Shown in pieces: positions 18,542-25,893 of a stretch of 64,000 bases of DNA. Under the pieces are notes generated by a model. It worked only from the letters and a program-made list of their open reading frames with translations, was not told where the DNA came from and searched no databases. The position numbers and the translations under genes are program-made. This stretch comes from an uncultured Pseudomonadota bacterium (GTDB lineage: Bacteria; Pseudomonadota; Alphaproteobacteria; RF32; CAG-239): contig CASEZG010000005.1 in the NCBI GenBank assembly GCA_949292375.1, positions 4,546 through 68,545 on the forward strand, written 5' to 3'. Positions within the stretch are counted from its first letter, which is position 1. Every line of letters starts with the position of its first letter.

Positions 18542-20263
18542 ATGTCCGAGAATCAAAATACGAACCAAACAACAACGAGGCAACCGAACACTCAATCGGT
18601 TCAGCCGAATGCTCAGTCTCGCCCTCAGACGGTTCAACCGAACAATCAATCGGTACAACCGAATGCTCAGCCTCGCCCTCAGACGGTTCAACCGAACAAT
18701 CAATCGGTACAACCGAATGCTCAGCCTCGCCCTCAGACGGCACAACCGAACAATCAATCGGTACAACCGAATGCTCAGCCTCGCCCTCAGACGGCACAAC
18801 CGAATGCTCAGCAAACTCAGTCAAATAATCAAACATCAGATGATGATATAACATCCCACTTAGACACGAGCATAGAAGATGATGGAGCAACCGCTTCTAT
18901 AAATGAAAACACAGATACTCAGTCTGAAAACTCTGATGAAGAAGAAGCCAACGCAGCAGAAGTCAATGAAACCCAGGATAATGCGGAAACCGTTAACGAA
19001 GATATTAACTTTGACACATTATCTGTAGATGAACAGCAAGACTACCTCCATATTTTGGAAGAAAAGGACAAAAGGGGCTTACTTTCCGTCAGCGAAAAAG
19101 CAATTCTAAACGAACAAAATAAAAATAAAGACAAAAATATTGGTGACTTTGGCCCCAAAAAAGGTGACGAGAATGAAGATCCTGATCCTGAAAAGAAAGG
19201 CCCCTTCAAAGAAAAAGATGTCATCAAATATATGTACGAAGACTGGCTTTTGGAAGGTGCAAACTGGCTATGGTGCAAAACCGCATCAAAAATTGATAAG
19301 GGATGCTACTGGGCCCAGAAAAAAATTTTGGACCATATTGCAGAAAACCGCCTAAAGAAGGGAAAAACTTATGAAAGCGAACAGCAATACGACCAAATGG
19401 CCAATCATGCTGTTTCTCTTGGACAAGCCAATATGGATTCCATCAAAAAACACGAAGAAGCCCAGCTCAAAAATCTTCAACTTCTTAAAGAAGGCAAATA
19501 CGACGAGGCAAATGTTTCCAATCTGACAAAACTCATGTTTAAAAACATGGATAAGAAAGAAAAAGAACAGTTTTTCAAAATCTCTGAACAAGGCATCAAA
19601 AATTATTATGACAACTTCGCTATGGCAGAACAATTTGGCTCTAACTATGCTCAAGCCGGAATGACTTTTGACCTCGCAACTGACAAAGATTTTTATAAAG
19701 GCAAGGATATTAAAAAAGAATTTGAGCAGCAAAAAGCCAAAGCCATGAAAAAATTCTTCAACTTAATCGATGCAGCACAAAAGAAAGGTAAAGATCCCCG
19801 AAAAGTTGCAACAGAACTCTTTGAAGAATCCAAGAAAGCACTCAAAGCATCACAAGAAAATATGGAAGATCGTCATATTTCAGAACTTGGCAAAAAACCT
19901 AACAAAGATTTAGCTAAATACATAACTAGTTTAAGCAATAAGCTTAAAGAAGCCCCCGAGGAACAAGGAATGTATAGTGCTGCTTTAAACAACAAAAACT
20001 TTGACTTTGGCATCCAACAAACTCAGGACAATCTTAACAAAGCATTTGTAGCAAACCTTGACAAAAAAGCAAATAATGATGAAAAAAGAGCAAAAGTAAA
20101 TAAACTAAAAGAAGATCTTGGTTTAACGAATCAAAATATAAATTCTACAGAATTTGACCGAGTACAAGCTGATTTGCGAAAAAAAGAACGCAATCAACAT
20201 GCCGCCGACACATTATCGGGTATGGCCGCTTTGGGTGGTTATATGGGCGGAGGACGCAGCTAA
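18542..20263 (+). CDS. Repeat-containing low-complexity protein (573 aa)
   Basis: The N-terminus carries four 18-aa repeats (QPNNQSVQPNAQPRPQTV), followed by an acidic block and then a Lys-rich helical region. The stop codon abuts the next start (TAAATG). Confidence 0.6.
   Translation: MSENQNTNQTTTRQPNTQSVQPNAQSRPQTVQPNNQSVQPNAQPRPQTVQPNNQSVQPNAQPRPQTAQPNNQSVQPNAQPRPQTAQPNAQQTQSNNQTSDDDITSHLDTSIEDDGATASINENTDTQSENSDEEEANAAEVNETQDNAETVNEDINFDTLSVDEQQDYLHILEEKDKRGLLSVSEKAILNEQNKNKDKNIGDFGPKKGDENEDPDPEKKGPFKEKDVIKYMYEDWLLEGANWLWCKTASKIDKGCYWAQKKILDHIAENRLKKGKTYESEQQYDQMANHAVSLGQANMDSIKKHEEAQLKNLQLLKEGKYDEANVSNLTKLMFKNMDKKEKEQFFKISEQGIKNYYDNFAMAEQFGSNYAQAGMTFDLATDKDFYKGKDIKKEFEQQKAKAMKKFFNLIDAAQKKGKDPRKVATELFEESKKALKASQENMEDRHISELGKKPNKDLAKYITSLSNKLKEAPEEQGMYSAALNNKNFDFGIQQTQDNLNKAFVANLDKKANNDEKRAKVNKLKEDLGLTNQNINSTEFDRVQADLRKKERNQHAADTLSGMAALGGYMGGGRS
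18581..18815 (+). repeat. 54-bp tandem repeat, about 4.3 copies, in-frame within CDS 18542-20263
   Basis: Units at 18581, 18635, 18689 and 18743 are near-identical (caaccgaacaatcaatcggtacaaccgaatgctcagcctcgccctcagacggtt). A partial fifth unit follows. Confidence 0.9.
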
Positions 20264-20758
20264 ATGATTAAAAAAATCTTCAAATTTCTCAAAGCGTTGG
20301 TTGTCGGAGCAATCTGGACCGTCATTTTTGCTTATCTCGCAGAAACGACAATGATTTACTTCTGGAGTTTTGATATTTTGAATATGCGAGACTGGCAAAT
20401 TATCAACACATTTTGGGAGAGTGGCGGTTCCATAAAAACAGGAAAAGACTATTTATTTGTAGCAATGTTGTTGCTGCTCATTCCACTTTGGATATGTGGC
20501 TGGCGTTTTTTCTATCATCTAGACTTTATCAAACTTCTACTGTTTCCGTTCACTTGGTATAACAACCGTATGATAAAGAAATATGGCGACAACACGCCGC
20601 GTATTATCCTAAAAAACATGGGCGCAAGCAAAAACAAACCCAACATGGAAGAGATTATTGAGAAAAGATTAAAAGAGAGTGTAAAACCTCATGAAAAAGA
20701 AACTGGCAAAATACGCCGCTCACTTCAAGAAAAAATAACATCTTCCGAACAACAATAA
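20264..20758 (+). CDS. Membrane protein, paralogous to the N-terminus of the next gene
   Basis: IWTVIFAYLAE...FWSFDILNMRDWQ...LLLLIPLWICGW aligns with CFWSIFFLEG...LRNWRFDIFNNAHW...ILTFIPLWLTGW in ORF 20845-22113. Confidence 0.6.
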   Translation: MIKKIFKFLKALVVGAIWTVIFAYLAETTMIYFWSFDILNMRDWQIINTFWESGGSIKTGKDYLFVAMLLLLIPLWICGWRFFYHLDFIKLLLFPFTWYNNRMIKKYGDNTPRIILKNMGASKNKPNMEEIIEKRLKESVKPHEKETGKIRRSLQEKITSSEQQ

Positions 20759-20844
20759 AAAACTAAACACTTTTTAACCAATTTCGGAGTATATTAAACA
20801 ATAAAAATCTGTTTTAAAACAGAGAATTATATTTGGAGAATAGT

Positions 20845-22113
20845 TTGAAACCCTTACTCATCTTAACAAGAATCATTTTTGTCGGATGCTTCTGGAGTAT
20901 CTTCTTTCTGGAAGGCATAAGGGTAATTATGCTCCGCAATTGGCGATTTGACATTTTCAACAATGCTCATTGGTATTATGCATGGAACAAATGGAACGAA
21001 GGATGGATAATCGATGATCCCAAAGAATGGGCTTTTGTTCTCATCATTTTAACCTTTATTCCTCTATGGCTTACAGGCTGGGCAGCTTTAAGCATGATTC
21101 CTTGGGGAAAAATATTTTTAAATATTCTTCGTTTTCCATCAAGAATTTTCCGCAACTTATTTTATAAACCTGTCAAGATTATTGCTAAGAACGCCGGAGT
21201 CCCCGTCGTTAAAAAGAAAAAATCATACAAAGAAATTCGCCCCAGAGGCACCCGTGCTCCGATTATGGATTATAATGAACCCATGCGTCCATCGGTTTTA
21301 AGCAATGCGGCTAAACCAGCAACGCAGCCCAAACCCTTACCCATAAAGAAGGAAGAACCTGTTGCCGCAGCAACAACTTTTGAACACAACTTGTTCAAAT
21401 TTGATGACGACAATGATGATGACTTTGATTTCGACTTCGATTCCTTTGATAAAAAATTTGAAGAAGAAAAAACAGCACCCCAACCAAAAGAACAAGAGCA
21501 GGATACCCCCAAACCAGCTCAAACTCAAACACCAAATAAAAACAAAAACAACAACCGCGATAAAAAATCTCCGGCAAAAAATAATACCTCAGCTCAAAAT
21601 ACAGCCCCTCGTAGTGGCAACTCAACTCTGGAAGTTCTAAAACAAAAGGGCTATGAAGTTATTACCACGGCAACAATAAAAAATAGCGTCATTGACTTTA
21701 TCGGCGTGGCTGAAAAACAAATTGTTCTCTGCCTACTGGACAAAGAACCCGGCGATTGGTTAGCAGATGAAGAACGTTTCAACGACGAAGAACCTCTGTG
21801 GTTTTCAGAAAGCAGCCATAGAATATCTCCCGTACGCAAAGTTGACCTAGCTCGCAAAGTTTTGTCCGATAAATTATCTGAAGCAGACCTGAATTTCGAT
21901 ATAAAAGCTTATGTCATCGTTCAAATCGGAAACATTATTAATGCAGAAGATATGTTCGAAACCTGGGATGATTTGAATATCTCTGTAACCAGGATTGACA
22001 GAGGAACCCCAAAAGAATTAAAATTATTCTCAAAAACAATAGAAGATGCGGAAAGCCATATTGAAAAAGATAAATTTGAAAAAATCAAAAAGCTTGTTCG
22101 CAGCATAGCATAA
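20845..22113 (+). CDS. Membrane protein with a disordered linker and a C-terminal NERD/PD-(D/E)xK-like domain (tentative)
   Basis: TTG at 20845 with GGAG 6 nt upstream; the ORF track uses a TTG at 20833. The N-terminal TM module is paralogous to 20264-20758. The linker is acidic and K/N/Q-rich. The C-terminus (VIDFIGVAEKQIVLCLLDKEPGDW) resembles the NERD core. Confidence 0.55.
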   Translation: MKPLLILTRIIFVGCFWSIFFLEGIRVIMLRNWRFDIFNNAHWYYAWNKWNEGWIIDDPKEWAFVLIILTFIPLWLTGWAALSMIPWGKIFLNILRFPSRIFRNLFYKPVKIIAKNAGVPVVKKKKSYKEIRPRGTRAPIMDYNEPMRPSVLSNAAKPATQPKPLPIKKEEPVAAATTFEHNLFKFDDDNDDDFDFDFDSFDKKFEEEKTAPQPKEQEQDTPKPAQTQTPNKNKNNNRDKKSPAKNNTSAQNTAPRSGNSTLEVLKQKGYEVITTATIKNSVIDFIGVAEKQIVLCLLDKEPGDWLADEERFNDEEPLWFSESSHRISPVRKVDLARKVLSDKLSEADLNFDIKAYVIVQIGNIINAEDMFETWDDLNISVTRIDRGTPKELKLFSKTIEDAESHIEKDKFEKIKKLVRSIA

Positions 22114-22143
22114 CAAAGCAAATACAAAAAAGGGAAAACAGCA

Positions 22144-24363
22144 TTGCAAAAAAGAGGAGAAGAATGGGAAGAATATGATCATGCCGTCCAATGGATGGTC
22201 ATGACTGTTGTTATTACACTCATTGTCACCATTATACTTGCCATGATATCCATGCCTTTAGGCTATCTTATCGGTTCGGGAATATCTAAAGATTCTCTGA
22301 ATGATGTCGGCAAATTTATCTCGACAGTTTTTAATAACCCCTCATACCTTTTTTCTCGTTACTGGGCCTGGTTTAGACAACTCAGTTCCTACCGCGGAAG
22401 TTTTTCCGTAAGCCTTTGGCTGCCGATACTTCCACTGCTTTCCTTACCTTTCGGTATCATTATTGGCGTAATAACCAATCCTTATCGTTTTCAATCAAAC
22501 ATTCACGGTTCTGCCCGCATTGCCGAATATAAAGATATTAAAAAGATGGGTTTATTTGACGGTTTCTGTATGGTTGTAGGCAAATACAAAGGCCGCCTCC
22601 TAATGTTGAAAGAAACCTTATCCACTTTGTGCTGTGCTCCTCCGGGAACAGGTAAAACCGTTGGTGTCGTTATCCCGACAATTTTTAACTCTCACGGAAT
22701 GAGCATTGTTGTAAACGACCCCAAACCGGAACTCTGCTACTCAACCACCGGAGCTCGAGCTAAAGACGGCCCCGTATTTGTCATCAATTGGGGCGCAGAA
22801 GATAATCCGGCAGAGGGAATATACTATCCGAGTTGGAATCCGCTGTCTCCGAACGCATTACCCGCTCCCGGACCGGACCGCGATATGTATGTCGATTCTA
22901 TGTGTAACATCTTGGTAGAAGACCCCAAAGGAGGAGCAGATCCCCACTGGTCTAAGACCGGTCGAGCTGCCCTAACCGGCTTCATCCACTTTATTGCTTC
23001 CAAATGCGAACGTGCTAGAGCAAATGACTACTTCATCGGCCGAATATACGAAGGCAAGTTAGATGAAGAAGACAAACGTGTTCTGGAAGGCTATTATCTG
23101 GACATGCGTGACCCTATGTCTGCCCGCGCCATTCAAAACCTGCGCAACAATAACATCACCATTGATAACTATCTGCCGATAGGTACATGGCAGTTATTGC
23201 CTGAAAAATGGATTGGGCACGAATCTTGCCTGGCTATGATTTTGGAATGGATTACCGAAGCGCAAATCAAACAAGCCCAAGATATCAAACGCCGCATTGA
23301 GGAAGGAGACCAAATGGCCGCAATGTCCGACCCGATGCGTACCATGCTGGAAGAAGCTGTAGATGAGGCCAGACGTTTTGGTTATTCTCCACGTTGTATA
23401 ACAGAATTAAGCCAACTTTCCTCAATGCCGGATAAAGAGCGCGGCTCCGTCTTATCAACAGGTTTTGCAGGTATTGGTATTTTCAAAAACTCAGCTGTTG
23501 TTTCCCGCACCAGCTTTTCAGACCTGCAATTTAAAGACTTGCGCGGTATGAAAGACCCGATTACGGGTGAATGGAAACCGATTTCGGTTTACCTTTCTGT
23601 TAACCAAGTTGATGCCAGAGCTTTAGGTGTTATTTCCGGAACCTTCATTGAATTGATGTCCTCCTACCTTATCGCCAACCCGCCGAAATTCGTCAATAAA
23701 ACTGATGGACAAATGGGCCCCTTCCCTTGCTTGTTTGTTTTGGACGAGTTTCCACAGATGCCAAAGCTTAAAGCCATTATTGATGGACCTGCCGTCGGAC
23801 GTGGTCAAAAAGTTTCATACTTGCTGATTGGACAAGACTTAGGACAAATTTCGGGTAAATATGGTAAGGATGACTTGGAAACAGTTATTTCCACAACCGC
23901 ATGCAAAATCATCTTATCACAAAACAATGAGCAAACGGCTCAACGCTTTTCTAAGATGATTGGTAACAAAACAGTCCAAACAACATCTTACTCCAAGAAC
24001 GAAGGAGCTTTAGGAAAAGGCGCAAATCCCTTTGCCAAAAACGTATCCTACCAGTTGCAAGGAACATCTGTTATCAGCACGACACAACTTCTGAGCTTGC
24101 CAATGCTTAAACAAGTTGTCTTGATGCAAGGTTTTATCGACCGTCCGATTATGGCCGATGCACCTCGTTGGTACCTAGATTCTACAATGAAAAAACTGGC
24201 TGCTCTTCCTCCTTCGCCATATGTTCCGGATTGGATTGTGGCACAAAGAGAAGATATCAACGAAGACATGCTATCCAAACTCGGCATTGATTATGACCCT
24301 GAAGCGGATGATGATGACGACGAGTTTGACGAAGAAGAAGATACGCAAACACAACAAAACTAG
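22144..24363 (+). CDS. Type IV secretion coupling protein (VirD4/TraG family ATPase)
   Basis: Two N-terminal TM helices. Walker A reads CCAPPGTGKTVGVVIPT, followed by VVNDPKPEL. Walker B reads CLFVLDEFPQMPKL, followed by GQDLGQISGKYG. The C-terminal tail is acidic (DDDDDEFDEEED). The start codon is uncertain (TTG at 22144 or ATG at 22195). Confidence 0.85.
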   Translation: MQKRGEEWEEYDHAVQWMVMTVVITLIVTIILAMISMPLGYLIGSGISKDSLNDVGKFISTVFNNPSYLFSRYWAWFRQLSSYRGSFSVSLWLPILPLLSLPFGIIIGVITNPYRFQSNIHGSARIAEYKDIKKMGLFDGFCMVVGKYKGRLLMLKETLSTLCCAPPGTGKTVGVVIPTIFNSHGMSIVVNDPKPELCYSTTGARAKDGPVFVINWGAEDNPAEGIYYPSWNPLSPNALPAPGPDRDMYVDSMCNILVEDPKGGADPHWSKTGRAALTGFIHFIASKCERARANDYFIGRIYEGKLDEEDKRVLEGYYLDMRDPMSARAIQNLRNNNITIDNYLPIGTWQLLPEKWIGHESCLAMILEWITEAQIKQAQDIKRRIEEGDQMAAMSDPMRTMLEEAVDEARRFGYSPRCITELSQLSSMPDKERGSVLSTGFAGIGIFKNSAVVSRTSFSDLQFKDLRGMKDPITGEWKPISVYLSVNQVDARALGVISGTFIELMSSYLIANPPKFVNKTDGQMGPFPCLFVLDEFPQMPKLKAIIDGPAVGRGQKVSYLLIGQDLGQISGKYGKDDLETVISTTACKIILSQNNEQTAQRFSKMIGNKTVQTTSYSKNEGALGKGANPFAKNVSYQLQGTSVISTTQLLSLPMLKQVVLMQGFIDRPIMADAPRWYLDSTMKKLAALPPSPYVPDWIVAQREDINEDMLSKLGIDYDPEADDDDDEFDEEEDTQTQQN

Positions 24364-24377
24364 GCTAAGAGGCAACG

Positions 24378-25004
24378 ATGTGGGAATGGTCCAACAAACA
24401 AAAAAGCAAAACCATTTCTTCGGAGAAACCCAACAAAAACTCCGCATCGTTGCTTACGGCCTATAACGACCTGATTGGCAACAGCTATTCGGCTTACCAC
24501 AACAGAATAAAAAACATTCAAATAGCTGACACCCCTGAAAATGAACCAATATCTTCACCTTCACCGGAAGAAGTTTACAATCTCGTACAAAAAAAAATTT
24601 CTGAATTAAAACTCCCCAAAAATACTCAAATCATAGAACGAGAATATGCGCCACAATCATGGCAAGAAATGAACAAAGCTTTTGACCGCTACCATAACTT
24701 ACGCGCACGTTTTTTCAAACTACTAGGATATTCAGAACAAGAAGAATGCCTTCAGGCCGGTCTAAACGAAGCTGATATAAACACTTTGCGCGAAGGTTTT
24801 GCCCCTGAAAACTTCAATATTCATCTTAAAATTCCGGCAGACTTTGGTGGTCTTCCTGAGTTCAAAAATTTCAGCTTAATAAAGACTCATCCCTACCATG
24901 ACAATATTCATCATATTATAGATTTGCAGATAGAAAACAATTTCCTAAGAGTCTATAAAAAAATTTATTTACCCTGGTTTGAAGGAAAATTTTATCATGA
25001 TTAG
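24378..25004 (+). CDS. Short paralogue of the HNH-motif protein, with the general-base His replaced
   Basis: PENFNIHLKIPADFGGLPEFKNFSLIKTHPYHDNIHH aligns with PELNIHHKIAVQDSGEKTNFAEVNQFKNLCLIIEPYHFFAH of ORF 7470-9269, so HH has become HL. AAGAGG RBS. Confidence 0.5.
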   Translation: MWEWSNKQKSKTISSEKPNKNSASLLTAYNDLIGNSYSAYHNRIKNIQIADTPENEPISSPSPEEVYNLVQKKISELKLPKNTQIIEREYAPQSWQEMNKAFDRYHNLRARFFKLLGYSEQEECLQAGLNEADINTLREGFAPENFNIHLKIPADFGGLPEFKNFSLIKTHPYHDNIHHIIDLQIENNFLRVYKKIYLPWFEGKFYHD

Positions 25005-25449
25005 CCGCTATTTAAATCACTTTCGTCAAGCTCCGGGAAATGTTTTTTTTGAGCCGGCTGTTGAAAGAAACTTAAACAAAATCAACATAGAACTGACTAA
25101 TCGCAATTTTGCTCCAATCCCAGATGAATACCGAAATTTTCTAAAATTAACCGACGGTCTGATTTTTAACGGAATAGAATTTTATGGCTGCATGCCTCAT
25201 TATCGTGAAGAAAAAGAATACACTTTTCCAAACCTGATTACGGTAAATGAATACTACCTAAGCTATGACTATTTCATCCGAAAATTAGTAATCGGCAGAA
25301 TCTCCGAAAATCTGCTTCTTTATAATGACGCCGAAAAAGTCTACACCATAACCGACAGAATAAATCTGCGTCCCATACTAGAATGCGAAAGTTTTATCGC
25401 TTTTCTAAAGATTTTCTATGAACACGCAATCCCTGCCGAAAATCGCTGA
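24997..25449 (+). CDS. SMI1/KNR4 (SUKH)-like putative immunity protein
   Basis: The ATG at 24997 overlaps the upstream stop codon. It has a SUKH-like core (IPDEYRNFLKLTDGLIFNGIEFYG) and is homologous to ORF 9266-9676. Confidence 0.55.
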   Translation: MISRYLNHFRQAPGNVFFEPAVERNLNKINIELTNRNFAPIPDEYRNFLKLTDGLIFNGIEFYGCMPHYREEKEYTFPNLITVNEYYLSYDYFIRKLVIGRISENLLLYNDAEKVYTITDRINLRPILECESFIAFLKIFYEHAIPAENR

Positions 25450-25453
25450 TACA

Positions 25454-25497
25454 TTGACAAGAGAAGGAAAATTTTATATCTTCTTCCCAAAGATATA
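25454..25497 (+). promoter_or_regulatory. Candidate promoter plus ArsR-type operator palindrome
   Basis: TTGACA at 25454-25459. An 8-bp perfect inverted repeat, tatatctt (25475-25482) and aagatata (25490-25497), lies directly upstream of the ArsR-family gene. Confidence 0.35.
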
Positions 25498-25522
25498 GAA
25501 AATAATTTTTTAGGATAAATTT

Positions 25523-25891
25523 ATGTCTGAGAACGATTCACTCCATAACCACGGCGAAGATATAATGCCTTTATTGGAAAAAATGCCAAACGAAGAAGCT
25601 TTTTATCAAGCCTCAGACATTTTTCAACAACTTTGCGACCCGACACGGTTAAGGATTTTGTGGTTATTGGCTCATTGCGAAGCCTGCGTCCAAAATGTAT
25701 CAATCGCCGTTGGTATGAGCACTTCAGCCGTATCCCATCATTTAAGGATATTGCGTCAAACCGGATTAATAACCAACCGCCGCTCAGGAAAAGAAGTTTA
25801 TTATAAACTGGCCAACACCCAAACGTCCAAACTTATCCATAAAATGATAGACGATGTTTTTGAGATGAACTGCCCTCAAAACAAATCTTAA
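25523..25891 (+). CDS. ArsR/SmtB-family metal-sensing repressor
   Basis: Winged-HTH segment (LAHCEACVQNVSIAVGMSTSAVSHHLRILRQTGLI). The ORF is 122 aa. Confidence 0.85.
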   Translation: MSENDSLHNHGEDIMPLLEKMPNEEAFYQASDIFQQLCDPTRLRILWLLAHCEACVQNVSIAVGMSTSAVSHHLRILRQTGLITNRRSGKEVYYKLANTQTSKLIHKMIDDVFEMNCPQNKS

Positions 25892-25893
25892 TC

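Noticed and set aside
18419-18890. Three overlapping ORFs (131, 118 and 80 aa) with striking internal repeats (RLRARLSIRLYRLIV..., SEGEAEHSVVPIDCSVVP...).
   Set aside because: They are other-frame or antisense readings of the 54-bp tandem DNA repeat. Their periodicity comes from the DNA repeat, and only the 573-aa plus-strand frame continues into a long non-repetitive ORF.
21270-21640. Five alternative-frame ORFs of 63-92 aa within the linker region of gene 20845-22113.
   Set aside because: They are produced by low-complexity A/G-rich and A/C-rich DNA that encodes the acidic and Lys/Asn-rich linker. None has its own translation signals.
22144-24363. The T4CP as evidence for an integrative conjugative element or plasmid fragment.
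   Set aside because: No relaxase, oriT-like repeat, integrase, replication or partition genes, or VirB/Trb genes are recognisable in the rest of the window. The flanks are core genes (rluD/rpoH upstream). I therefore do not call a mobile element.
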